In this document: in pieces, positions 41,200-53,728 of the stretch
How the letters are laid out: every line of letters starts with the position of its first letter
Numbering within the stretch: the first letter of the stretch is position 1
DNA from: Hamiltosporidium tvaerminnensis FI-OER-3-3
Lineage: Eukaryota; Fungi; Microsporidia
Length of the DNA stretch: 64,000 bases
Reading direction: 5' to 3'
Assembly: GCA_022605425.2 (NCBI GenBank)
Contig: CM061253.1
Span: 620,001 to 684,000 of the forward strand
The notes under the pieces: model-generated
Seen by the model: only the letters and a program-made list of their open reading frames with translations
Told to the model about the DNA's origin: nothing
Database searches by the model: none
Position numbers and translations under genes: made by a program

Positions 41200-44100
41200 A
41201 GCTAAAATTTTCTTTCTGTATTCTTATTTCTGAGATTCATACTAATAGGCTCCTTTCTTGAGATTAAAGCAGAATAAAGAGTTCCAAACACACGAGGTTA
41301 CCTAAGCATCAAACAGGAAATCATTCACATCATTGCTATTATCACCAACGAGATTGTCTAAACTATAATAGACTATTTATGGGCCAAAAAGAATATAAAA
41401 TTCAAAATCAATTCTATTACCCTTTTCATTTGTGTGTACAGTAATTATCTTTTTCTATAACATATATACTGTCTTTTCAGAAAATACTTCACAAAAAATA
41501 TCTTTTATAATACTGTTTTAAATAGCTGAGATGAGATTTCTATCATATTTTCGTCTAAAAAATTACTATTCATGAGTTGACTTTTGCCAAGCTTTATGAG
41601 TCATTTTCAATACCCTTTTCATTTCGCTCGCATATCGTTACATCGTTTTAATTTATTATAAATAGCAAAATTTAAACAAATTGAACAGTATATTATGTCC
41701 GTTCTTTAGGAATCATAGGGGAACAATGTACCTAGCCTCCTTCTAAAGGCATTACATTTCCTTCATAATTCAATCGGTTTAGTTATTATGATACCATAGG
41801 ATAAAGATCTATACTTTGATATGTAAGTCTAGCGATATAGATCTCTTCCAAAAAAAGAGGAGGTGTATGTATTTTTCGGCTTTTCTCGGGTATGACTTAA
41901 CCTTAGTATGATTTTTTCATTAAGAATATGTGAAACTTTTAATTGTATTTGATTTTCCGTTCTCTTAATAACCTATGGCTACTATTTCTGTTGAGGCTAC
42001 AATAATAAATAATGCTTTAATTCTCTGTATCGCATATTAAACGTTTTAGAATCAAATTTTTCGACTATTTTTTTATAAAATCATAAAGCCCGTCTTGGTT
42101 CCTTAGAGCCGCTATTTAGTGCATTCATAATTATATTGAAGATAATATTTTGCTTTTTTTAAATGTTTCTATGAAATAAAATTCACTTATTTTTCCATAG
42201 GCCCATTGCCGAGATAGATAAAGAGGCGGATCTTAAAATAAAAGATCGTTACCAGTTTCTTGTGTATTCTCAAAATTGTATTTATATCTTACAATGTAAT
42301 ATATAAACATATTCATAAAAGACTTAACTATATTCTCTTAGTTAAAACTTCAATCATCGCATATATTAGCTCTCGAATTTGACTATAATTTTAATATGCC
42401 TTGAAAATCGCCAAAAAGGCATATATATCCAAATAAATATATGGTTTTTATGTTATTGTATTTTTACAGCATATTTTAAATGTACTTACGAAGCTTTTAA
42501 CTTGTTTAGAACACCCCTTTGCTCAGGATACTTTAAAGTACATTTGTAGTTTTTCTTCTCACATTTCTTATTAATTTTATTTAAATAGACCTGTTATTGC
42601 CAGCACAAAATTCTTTAGTAGTATAATCGGTATTATATATTGTTGGTAATATGATTCTGCATAGTTTAATTTTTTTTAATTCAAGATTTTTCTTTTAAGT
42701 TTGAACCAAAGTTTTCGAAACTTTCATAGTATTAAAAAGCAATACTGAATGGTTGCTTACTGAAGTTATAATCAACATGTTAAAAAGATTTCTTTGTTTG
42801 TATATACCTTTATCTGTTCATATAATTAATCTAATACTCCCTCTGTCCGGAAATATGGTATACATTTCAAAAAAAACTATAGATTATCGTGAATATAAAA
42901 AATAAATAAGCAACCGTCATGAAATTGTCATAGTAAATATTCATGACAATATAACCTAAAATATTTAACTTTAGTAATATCATTCTTAGTTAAAAAGTTA
43001 CCGCTCAAACATCAGTTTTTTATAAGGTAAAAAAAAATTAGTACCGCTGCAAGACGAATATGGAAAATGTGGAAGGAAATTTGTTAAATTTAGAAAAAGA
43101 GATTCAAAATATAAACAGTTAACTAAAGAACAACGTCAAGGTATTTTGAAAAAATTATTACAGCAGATGAAAGAGAATAAGTTAAAACACGGTGCCATCA
43201 ACGAAATTTCTTCTGCCTTTCAAGTTTCCCGGCTAACCGTTAACAGAATTTGGCATGCAGCACAAACTCAATACAGAAAGGGCAAGATATGTGCCGATGT
43301 ATCTTCAAAAAAGAAAAAAAGATGCGGACGAAAACCTAAAGAATATTCGAACAATTTAGCGCAAATAAGAAAACCCCATTAAATCGTCGAGGAACGCTCC
43401 ACAGTCTTTCCTTTGCAATTGATATTTCAAAATAAACTTTGTTTGATATATTCAAGTCGGGAAAGTATATGAAGAGAATATCTTCTACAGTTAAACCAAC
43501 TTTAACAGATAAAAATAAAATGGACAGATTGAAATTTTGCTTGTCTAAAGTAAATCTTGCCAATAAGGGAGATTTGCTTTTTGATGATTTGTATGACTAC
43601 GTTCACATTGATGAAAAGTGGTTTTATCTAACTAAAGTTAAGCGCTCTTATTACTAAATGTTAAACGAAGAAAAACAGGAGAGAAACTGCAAAAGTAAGC
43701 GATTTATTACGAAAATAATGTTCATGGCTGCAGTAGCTCGACTACGCTATGATGCATATCGAAAGCTTTATTTTGATGGGAAAATTGGAATATGGCCATT
43801 TGTTTATCAAGAACCAGCTTAAAAAAATTCTAAGAATAGGGCTAAAGGGACAATGATAAAAAAAAATGTGGAATCTGTTACAGCAGTCATTGCATAAACA
43901 TGATCATTGATACTGTAATTCCCGCAATTAAATCTAAATTTCCGCCAGCATACAAAAAGAAAACAATTTACATACAACAAAACAATACAAAACCCCATTT
44001 TTCTGATAATGATGCAGATATTGTCGCTCTTGGTTCTGCTGATGACCGGAATATCAAATTTAAGGTGCAACTGGCAAATAGCCTCGATTTAAATGTTCTT

Positions 44101-45950
44101 GATTTAGGTTTTTTCAAAACCATACAATCGTTGTAACATCAAGCTTCGCCACACACAATTGACGAATTAATAAATTGTGTTCAAGATGCATTTCATCAAT
44201 TAGAAGCGAATACTCTCGATAACGTTTTTACAACATTGCAAGCATGTATGGAGTCAATTATGCTAACAGATGATGGAAATTGCTATAAAATACTTCATTT
44301 AAGTAAAGGAAAACTTCGTCGCGAAGGTCGACTGCTAGAAAAATATGTATTTTCCAAAGAAGCATACGTTAAAGCTAAATCAAATTTCGAGTGAACTTAT
44401 TAATTTTAATATATATTTTTTTAAATTTTATTTAATATTTACATTAATATTTATTTAATGTTCGAAATAAAGGCAATAATAAACTTGTCATGTACATTTT
44501 TTATTTTTTTTATTTTTTTCGCAAATGTATACCATATTTCCGGACAAAAAAATCGCTAAAATGTATACCATATTTCCGGACAGAGGGAGTATATTTTATC
44601 TTTTTTACGTTGGCTGCTAGCTTTATCTGCGCGACTTTTTTCTTGCATAGGAAATTCAAATTCTTCAAGCCGTTTTTGCGATCATACATACCTTGAATCT
44701 ATTGTTTTGTAACTTTATTAAGTTTAAAACATAGATTTGCCTTATATGCACTCTTTTAAACATATCTAAAGCTTTACTTTATAATTTTTAATGAAGCTTA
44801 TACAACCATTAATATAATAGTAAATGTTTATAGGAAGATTAGATATGAGATAAGAAATATTCGGTTATATCAATATGATTTTTCTTATATCTGTTTAAAT
44901 CTGTTTTACTTTTAGTATAAAATGTATATCCAAATAAACCTGGAGAAGTTTATTCTTGAAATGCATGTAGAGAAAATTTCGTAAATATTTGTGCCACCGT
45001 ATAAGATACTATAATAAAATTTAATATAGGCCATAAGAATATTTTTAGTTGCGATACGAAATTATTCGCGGTGAGTTCATATCAGAAAGTTTTGGCAAAT
45101 TTTTTTTTTCAAATATTATGGCACTGCAATATTAATATCTTCTTCTTATTTTATCAAAGTATGAATATGAAATAACAATTTTTTTGAAATTCAAAGACAT
45201 AGAAATATGCTTTTCGAATTTCGAAAATATTATTTTTTACTTTGGCATTCACCGGGCTTTATGTTTTTTTTCTATAAACTGCATCTACTATATCATTTCG
45301 GTTTTCAAGGTTTACATCTTTATCGAGATCCTCAAATATTTCACTATAGTTAGGATCAAGAGTCAATGCGATGAAAAAATTTTGTTAACATTTTTCATTT
45401 TTATTTCCACTGCGTCTTGATATTTTTGCGGCATGTTTTTGGAGCTGCCTGAAAAAATGTGATAAAATTACTTGCTTACCTGCATAGAGGCCGTTTCAAA
45501 TAATTGGTTTCGAATTTCTGCCAAATAACTGCATCTTGTGGCATTTAGCTCCATCGGATTAGCCCTGGTGCAATGTATATCATAAATTTCGGCTTTGAAA
45601 TATGCATCTACTACGTACTGTCGATTGAAGCTAACTGCTTCTAAAAATAGATTAAATTTTCTCTTAATTGAAACTAATGGGAATAATATTGTATTGCCGT
45701 AACATTTCTAAGAGCGTGTAGCTTGTTATCTGCATTATAAAGTTTAATTTCATATGCTTGGGTTTCCTCTTTATATGAAGACGAATTAGGCTACATAAAA
45801 CATATATTTTTACTTGTCCGTAGTCTACACGGTAAGTTTCAAAAATCAAAATAGCCCGAAACCCAGGAGGAATTAGCAGCTCTCTATCAATATGGTGTAA
45901 CGTATTTTCTAACAAAAACATATGTAACTTAATTTTATCTTTTTAGATTA
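41200..45950 (-). mobile_element. Decayed Helitron Rep-helicase, interrupted by a mariner insertion
   Basis: Minus-strand motifs in canonical order: QYVVDAYFKAE (~45610), GKQVIL..SGSSKNMPQKYQDAVEI (~45440), FIALTLDPNYSE, NRNDIVDAVY, VFEFQKNCYFHIH (HUH, ~45180) and EFPMQEKS (~44650). Beyond the insertion, weaker Pif1 motifs LFGDFQGIL (~42410) and VFGTLYSAL (~41280). Boundaries are approximate. Confidence 0.8.
42837..44589 (+). mobile_element. Complete Tc1/mariner element of the plant-type DD39D (Stowaway-related) family; transposase pseudogene at 43060-44394
   Basis: Perfect 31-bp TIRs ctccctctgtccggaaatatggtatacattt (42837-42867 and 44559-44589) with TA TSD, and an extra subterminal copy at 44523-44546. 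Motifs VHIDEKWFY, FDGKIGIWPF, QQNN (D to N), then 39 aa to NVLD LGFF. Confidence 0.96.
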
Positions 45951-46512
45951 AATTTTATCTTTTTAGATTATAATTGGGCTCTTACTATTTAAATCCTAAT
46001 CGCCCAATTTAGCCAAAATATTTGATAATCATCTAATTCATCCTTCATTTAAGAAACTACCATCAATTCGATTCCACGATAGTTATAATTTTTTGGCTTT
46101 AGTAAAAATATTTTAAATTTAATTTTCTCTATTATCTCCTTATTTGCCATAATTTCATCAAGAATATATAGTTAGGCGTTTGTCTTCTTCTTCTAAATTT
46201 ATTTGAAACCATGAATGGAAGATGAATGTATGATCGAGGATACAGAAACAAATATAACGAACACGGATTAAACTTAAATATCTTTGAATTGAGAAAAAGA
46301 AAAAACTATGTTCGAGATCTTATATTTTTTTAGGAATTTGTTGAAATAAACAGCTTCATTTCAAAATTTCACGTCTTGTTTAACATTATACTCGTTAGTG
46401 TTGTTGTTTCTTGAAATCAGCATATATTAAATCGGCTTTTAGTAATTTTTCAATATTAAAAACATCGCTTGATAAATACATCAAATTTGATTTAGATACC
46501 AGTAAGAGTTCT

Positions 46513-46698
46513 TATAAGTTGGTTTCGTTAAATTATAGTAATTTCCTATATGAGATACATCTGGTTCTTTAAATTTCAAACCGCTCTCTAAAATTATTAG
46601 GGATATAAGTTGGTTTCGTTAAATTATAGTAATTTCCTATATGAGATACATCTGGTTCTTTATATTTCAAACCGCTCTCTAAAATTATTAGGGATATA
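46513..46698. repeat. Near-perfect 91-bp tandem duplication
   Basis: tataagttggtttcgttaaattatagt...aaattattaggga occurs twice, with one mismatch seen. Confidence 0.95.
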
Positions 46699-48078
46699 TA
46701 TTTATTTTGGCTCTTAGTTATTCTTTCTGTTGATTAATTCGCTTTTAAATTTTTCAGTCTTATTAAATTTGAAAAATTTCTGATGATCTATTTCCTCGTA
46801 AAGTCTTAAGTCACTCTAGCTATTTATTTGTTTTTGTTGGTATTATTCTTTTGATTTATTAACTATGGCTTTTTTCTTTAAACTTCTCAATATCAACAAC
46901 TATTTCTTAGACTGAAAAAAACCGGTTGTTAAGTGAAATCACATCCTATCCATTTATAAATTTTGTAAGTCTATTTATTTATAAAAAAAGCATTAATTTA
47001 AACTAATCTATGTATTTCATGATATTTTTTATAACCAAATTGTTTTGGTAAACAAATCGAACTAACTTTACATTATTAAAAATAAGAAAATATTTTTGTA
47101 AAACGAATGTAGTTGCAGTAGCTATAAATGATCTAAATTTAGCCGAAAATATTTCTAATTTTTACAAATTATTTGACTAGGATTATTTTTTTCTTAAATT
47201 CTTACGCTTTTTGGTTCTATTTACACTGCAAATTCTTGCAACCTTGAGCTTGGGCTGTGATTGTAACAATTAAGAAGATATTTTGAACTGGAAGGTATCA
47301 TTGTTTGCTTAAAAATGCATCTTCATGACATATATAGATATTTGATTATATATTTCTTTCTCTTGATAACATTCTTACCTGCTCTTTCCTGACTCTTATA
47401 TGTAGTTTCGCACTATAAAACATTTTCGTCAAGTAAAAGCAATGAGTTGGATAATATTTCAGTATTCTAAGTTGAATATGTACTTCTTTGCAATTTTTGA
47501 ATATTTTTTTTGATTCGATATTGTTTAATGATTAAGCACACTAAAAAAAGGATCTGAACATAGTGATAAAATACCACGATTTTTAGAACACTTAGAACGC
47601 ATTAGGTGTTAAAAAAACCTTGATTTCTTCTATTATAATGATATAGTAGAATCTTAAAAAGTATTTTGAGGAATTAAGTTGAATAACATTTTGTAACAAT
47701 TAAACTTTCTGAAATATGTCATTTTAGAATTCTGCAGATCATTGTAGATTGTTTAAGATTACAAACAAATTACACAAAACTTGAAAGAGCATATTCGTAA
47801 TCAAAATTCTCTTTTAGCATCTCCTTTTTCAAACCAATTAAACATTTCGAGGAATGTCTTCGTAAGCAGATTCTACTATTCCACTAAAATAAATGATAAT
47901 AAAAAAAAGGTTTTTTTTAACAAATTTATATTTTTTTAAGTAATTTTTCCTTTAATGTAATCCTTAGAATTAATGTAAATTGTATCTTAATCGATTTAAA
48001 ATTAAAATTTTTTTAATGGAATTTATCACATATATTTTCAAATCAACTTAAGTTTTTCAGTCTTTTTAAAAATTCTTT

Positions 48079-48320
48079 TATTTTAATTTTCATTTTTTTG
48101 TGATTTATTTTAAGCATCTTGTCATTGTTTCAATACCCATTTTTGAAAGATTTTTTTTATTTTAATTTTCATTTTTTTGTGATTTATTTTAAGCATCTTT
48201 TATTCCTGTTTTAACAGATATTTTCGATAGATTTTTTTTATTTTAATTTTCATTTTTTTGTGATTTATTTTAAGCATCTTGTCATTGTTTCAATACCCAT
48301 TTTTGAAAGATTTTTTTTAT
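48079..48320. repeat. Three ~80-bp tandem units (A-B-A) directly upstream of the exportin-like gene
   Basis: attttaattttcatttttttgtgatttattttaagcatctt x3; units 1 and 3 share gtcattgtttcaatacccatttttgaaaga. Confidence 0.92.
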
Positions 48321-48359
48321 CATAATTTTGGTTTTTCCGTCCCCTTTAAAAAAATAGAA

Positions 48360-50723
48360 ATGTCTTCTTTAAAGAATCTAATATCTCAATCAAAAACAGA
48401 TCCATCCGTTCTTTCAGAACTCCAGTCACAACTTAAATTATTAATAACATCACAATCTATTGATCCTATTGTTGAAATTCTTACTTCAGAATCATTTGAT
48501 CATCAATTCTATGGCCTCGTGGTTACCGAACAAAAACTTAAACATTTAAAACTTATAAATTCTTCGGTACAACCGATACATTCTTTAATAGAGGGTTACA
48601 GCGGTATTATTTGTGGTGAAAATAGAGACATTTCAAGCATTCCACCATTTATTCTAAACAAATTTTCGGATATTTACGCTTTACTCGCTATTTATGATTG
48701 GCCTTCAAATTTCCCACATTTCTTACCCCTGCTTACCAATCTATTTCAAGCTAAACATCCATTTTCTTACAACATTTTTGAAAAATTTTTATTCCAAGTA
48801 AATACCAACACAGATATTTCCGAAAAAAGAAGACAAGAATTAAAAAAATCGATTTCTTCTATTTTTCCAGAAGTAAAACCATACCTCATTGATTTTAATA
48901 CAAATTCTTTAAATATTGTTAACAATATTTTAGACATTTATATCAATCTTCTTCAGATCATATCTCCAAATTCGCTTCCTATTCCAAATATTTTCTCCCT
49001 CGCTTCTTTAAATCCAAATAAATCTCTTTTCCTAATTTATGAATTAACAACTTTGGTAGATATGAGATCTTTCTTACCAGAAATACAAAAATTAATTTTT
49101 ACTTTGTCTTATAACTCAAGACTGGTAGATATATTTTCAATACTTCTTAATCATAACCGATATAAAGAAATAACAAATTTTCAACAAATTTCTGAATATG
49201 CAATTTCCGGATTTCAAGGTAGTTCATATGACATGGAATCCTCATTAAACTTTTACAATATTCTATTTAAAAGAAAAGATATAACTGATACTCCCGAATT
49301 TATAAAATTTTATGAAAATATTTCTGCCTGTATTTTGTCAAATCTGATACGAGTATCGAATGAAATTGAAACAGATATTACTTTAAACATTAATTATAAC
49401 AATATTGTCAGTCTTTTCACACTTCTTTCCAAGAAATACCAAACACATACTTACAATATTCTTTCATGTATTAACACTGGACTTCAAATAAATAGAAAAC
49501 TTTCTAAAATTCTTATCAAAAATTTTGAACATAAAGAATCTTTGTGTATAAATGATCCGTACATTATGTGTTATATTTTATATATCAGAAACAATCCGGA
49601 TTGTATAAAATATTTAGAAATTTTAGATTTTAATGATGACGATTCTGTTAAATTGGCAATAAAAATTGTTGGAGAATATGTAAGAAGAACAGATGTAAAC
49701 ATTTTACTTAAAAATGTATTAGTCGGTGTTCGTGAAAAATGTAATAAAAGTGACAACGAATTCTGTGATGAATTATTGATCAATATTTTTCTGTTCTATA
49801 ATGAAAATATTGATGTTTTGATGAATGGAGAATGGAATAAAAAAAAGATTGGAAGGTTTTCTTTGTTGGTGAAAAATCGATACGAATCGGTTGTAAATTT
49901 AACTGAAGAATTTTTTACATTTTTTGTTAATTCTATTCGAATACGAAATACTGATTGTATTTTAATTGGATATAAAATTTGTGGGTTGTTAATTTTAAAA
50001 AATGTAAAATTACCTGAAAATATTTTATCTGTAATTTATGAAGGTGTAGATAATATGAATGGGAAAGAAATAGAAGCATTCTGTAATGAATTTGCCAATA
50101 AATTAGAAATTAGTGTACAACGCGTTTATATTAATAAAGTAGTACAAAGAGTATTGGTATTATCTAGTCAAGAAGTAGAAGATGAAATGATAGGCTGTCA
50201 AAGATCTGTAGTATCTTTTCTTGAAAAATCTATTTTAGAAATATCCAAATCAACATGTTTGGGAAAAGAAGTTTTAGAATTTTATTGCAGTGCTTTGACT
50301 GAAATGATTCTGGTTGGAGAAAGTAGTATTATTCGAAAAATTCGTGGTATTTTTAGTAAAATAGAAATTTCTACCAATTTTTCTGATAGACTTATCTTTA
50401 ATTTACTAACAATTTATAATTCAAATATTTATATAAACTCACAAGAAGATATTTTAAATTTTTGTGTAGATTTACTAATAAAAGGACACACACAAGGATT
50501 CTGTGTGTTGGACTGTAAAACTGAAAACATAGAATCTTTAAGACAGAGTGTTGTTACAAACAGTAGAAATGGAAAAAGTATGGTAAAAGAATTTCTTAAA
50601 AATGTTAAAGGTAAACATATCAGTGAAACTGAAAAAAAAGCTTTTGTCTCTGATCAAGGTTTTATTAAGAAAAGGGATAAATCTAAGGGGGGTGATGTTG
50701 ATATCAGTGGGTTTGGTGTTTAA
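48360..50723 (+). CDS. Karyopherin-beta/exportin-family HEAT-repeat protein
   Basis: ~787 aa helical protein. PPFILNKFSDIYALLAIYDWPSNFPHFL matches the Xpo1-domain LNKL...I...EWP..W..F motif. The likely start is ATG 48360, after cccc. Confidence 0.72.
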   Translation: MSSLKNLISQSKTDPSVLSELQSQLKLLITSQSIDPIVEILTSESFDHQFYGLVVTEQKLKHLKLINSSVQPIHSLIEGYSGIICGENRDISSIPPFILNKFSDIYALLAIYDWPSNFPHFLPLLTNLFQAKHPFSYNIFEKFLFQVNTNTDISEKRRQELKKSISSIFPEVKPYLIDFNTNSLNIVNNILDIYINLLQIISPNSLPIPNIFSLASLNPNKSLFLIYELTTLVDMRSFLPEIQKLIFTLSYNSRLVDIFSILLNHNRYKEITNFQQISEYAISGFQGSSYDMESSLNFYNILFKRKDITDTPEFIKFYENISACILSNLIRVSNEIETDITLNINYNNIVSLFTLLSKKYQTHTYNILSCINTGLQINRKLSKILIKNFEHKESLCINDPYIMCYILYIRNNPDCIKYLEILDFNDDDSVKLAIKIVGEYVRRTDVNILLKNVLVGVREKCNKSDNEFCDELLINIFLFYNENIDVLMNGEWNKKKIGRFSLLVKNRYESVVNLTEEFFTFFVNSIRIRNTDCILIGYKICGLLILKNVKLPENILSVIYEGVDNMNGKEIEAFCNEFANKLEISVQRVYINKVVQRVLVLSSQEVEDEMIGCQRSVVSFLEKSILEISKSTCLGKEVLEFYCSALTEMILVGESSIIRKIRGIFSKIEISTNFSDRLIFNLLTIYNSNIYINSQEDILNFCVDLLIKGHTQGFCVLDCKTENIESLRQSVVTNSRNGKSMVKEFLKNVKGKHISETEKKAFVSDQGFIKKRDKSKGGDVDISGFGV

Positions 50724-50787
50724 AGTAAGTCAATTGTTGGGTTGGGTTTCTTTTTATGCTAAAATATTGAATTAGATTTTTTTTATA

Positions 50788-50948
50788 CTTTTATTTTTTA
50801 TTTTTTATTTTTTATCTTTTATTTTTTATTTTTTATTTTTTATTTTTTATTTTTTATTTTTTATTTTTTATTTTTTATTTTTTATTTTTTATTTTTTATT
50901 TTTTATTTTTTATTTTTTATTTTTTATTTTTTATTTTTTATTTTTTTA
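50788..50948. repeat. (TTTTTTA)n microsatellite, continuing after the retrotransposon at ~52254-52275
   Basis: About 22 consecutive heptamers. Confidence 0.95.
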
Positions 50949-52253
50949 ACCTTCCACGTAAAGAACTTGGAAGAGGTTTACATAGTGTCGAGTTCAAAAG
51001 CGAACATATGCTTTTGCAACTCTTGGATTGTCTGGAAAAACATAAAGATACATCGACCAGAAGAGCAGCAATCCTAAAGGTTGAGAATAATAATAAAACC
51101 CACCTTTCACTAATTAAAAACTTTTTAAAAATAAAATACGGGTTGGAAGAGGAAGTCACAAAAAAGAAATTGGAAGAAGCTCAACTAGCTAACCTATATA
51201 ACGAAATCAAAAACCGAAAACTACATTCAAAGTTATATAGCGCTAGAAATAACGAGCTGGTAAGTGTAAATGACTCCTCAAGATGGTTAAAGAAAGGAAG
51301 TGTAAGACCACGTGATGAAGCAGTGTTCTGTTATATCCAGGATAGAAATGTTTTCTGGGGTGCAGAAGGTATGTGTCAACACTGCAACCAGTCTAGGAAA
51401 ACTGTTGATCACTTAGCAACGAGATGTGAAAAAATGCTTGGTCATGACTATACTAGACGACATAATGAAGTGGTACGATGTATACATTTACTCTTGCTGA
51501 ATAAATATAAGTTTAAGTCTTCGAAACGAATTAGAAGCCACTCAGTTCAAGAAATTCTTGATAACGAATATGCAGAGATAAGAGTGGACACCAGAATAAA
51601 AACTGATGTCAAGATCCGGTGTAACAGACCAGATATATTTATTTTAGACAAGAGACAGAATAGGATAACCCTCATTGAAGTAGGAATCACATCCCAAGAC
51701 TCTCTTCAAATAGTTGAAACAGAGAAGCTTAGGAAGTATGACCTATTAGCAAATGAGTTAGGTCTTATTTATAAATGCAATGTAGAGATAATTCCTTATG
51801 TGATGACCTGGGACGGTATTGTGACAAAATACCATAAATCTCATCTTAAAAGACTAGAAATACCCATGAATGTAGAGGCATATATACAATCCATAGTACT
51901 CAAGAAGACAGTCGAAACAATTTCTTTTGATCGACGAAGAGGACTTGAGTCTGGACCAAATGCCGAAGAGAGCTGGGAGAGAGCATCATTAAGTGTTATT
52001 TTAGGAGCTGAGATGCATAAACAACCAATACCCCCTTTAAAGCAAGTAGACAACGAGGAAGATGATGTTAAAACGGAAAATACAAAAAATATTTTACCCC
52101 TTATTTTGGATGGCATAACCACAGCAAAGGAACCAACAACTAATACAAATGAAGAGTTGAGTTGGAGTTGGAGGAAGAGATAGAAGTGGTTGAAATGGTG
52201 GAAAGAATTATTTAAAAAGAAAAATTTGTTAACCCAGAATTTTATTAAATAAA
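50949..52253 (+). mobile_element. 5'-truncated, young R4/Dong-type RLE retrotransposon (second subfamily) inserted in the microsatellite
   Basis: Uninterrupted 391-aa ORF with CCHC, RRHN and PD..E..K motifs. Starts abruptly at LPRKELGRGL and ends with the family 3' end ttaacccagaattttattaaataa. Confidence 0.95.
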
Positions 52254-52552
52254 TTTTTTATTTTTTATTTTTTATTTATTCTTTGATTTAATTTTTCATA
52301 AACTTTTATATTCTTATTTATTCTATTATATTTTTTTAATGATCTTTTTATTTATTAATTATTTTTTTATTAATTATTTTTTTATTCTTAATTGTTCAAT
52401 TTCTATTCTTTTATTAATCTTCTATACTCTTTATTCTTTATTGTTAATTCTTTATTCTTATTCAATTATTTTATTACTGTAAATGATTTATAGATATGTT
52501 AGATAATAATTAGATCAGATTAATAAAGGTAATATTGAATATTAAATTAATG

Positions 52553-53015
52553 ATTTAATTAAAATTTGGGTTAACGAATTTTCTCTCTTTTAAATAGTTT
52601 CTTCCACTTTTTAAATCACTTCATTATCTTCCTCTAAATCCGACTCTTCTTTAATATTTATCGTCTGTTTCTTTACAGTGGTTACGCCATTCAAAATATG
52701 GGGCAATATATTTTGTACTTTCTGTTTTAACTCCATCTTCCTGGTTGTCTACTTATTTTAAAGGGAAATATTGGTTGTTTATGCATCACAGGTATTTCAA
52801 TATCACTTAATGACGCTCTCTCAGCTCTCTTCGGTATTTGGTCCAGACTGAAGTCCTTTTCGTCGATCAAAAGAAATTGTTTTGATTGTCTTCTTTAAGT
52901 ACTATAGATTGTATATATGCCTCTATATTCATGAGTATTTGTAATCCTTTAAGATACATCTTATATTATTTTGTCACAATACCGTCCCAGGTCAACGCAT
53001 AAGGGATAATCTTTA
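52553..53015 (-). mobile_element. Short 5'-truncated, decayed RLE retrotransposon 3' end, tail-to-tail with the previous copy
   Basis: The reverse complement contains gacctgggacggtattgtgacaaaata, tttcttttgatcgacgaa, gagctgagagagcgtcattaagtg and the end ttaacccaaattttaattaaat. Confidence 0.92.
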
Positions 53016-53728
53016 CGCCTAACTTTTTAAATATTTAATTTATATTATTAAACTTAAAAACTTATGGAATTTAAGTATCTTTTTAAAAAATATATTTTAT
53101 AAAAAAAATTATATGGATCGCTTTATATAATATCAAAAAAAAAATACGATATGACAATGTTAGAGAAAATATATGAATTAATCATTTGGAAAAAATTAGA
53201 ATAAAGATATGTGAAATATATATTAGAAATTATAAACCGGAGACATGCAATTAATTAATTAAAAAATTAGAATAAAAAATATTAAATATTATACTTAATT
53301 GAATTTAAAGTATTCTTCAGTGAATTCCAAGTACAAACAAAAATATAAACTAGTATTTTAAAAATATTAAATAGAGTTTAAAATATTTAGTTTTATATTT
53401 GAATAAATGTAAATTAAAAAAAGTTTAGTTATTATCAATTGTAAATATCTAAATTTTAATGATTTATAATTTTATTAACTCTGTATAAAAATTTAAATTT
53501 AACTATCGAGATAATGATTGAAATATTCATTGGGATAATTACTGTTATATTCTATTTATGGTAATATTGATAACGATTTTAACAAACCTAATGATAATGA
53601 AGATGAAATTTTAGAAATTTCTTTTAAAGAATATTGTTACGTTAACAGATTATTTATTCTAACACAATAATAAAAATATATAAAGAAATATTTTTGTACA
53701 GTTTTTTTATTTTTCTTAATCTTATATT

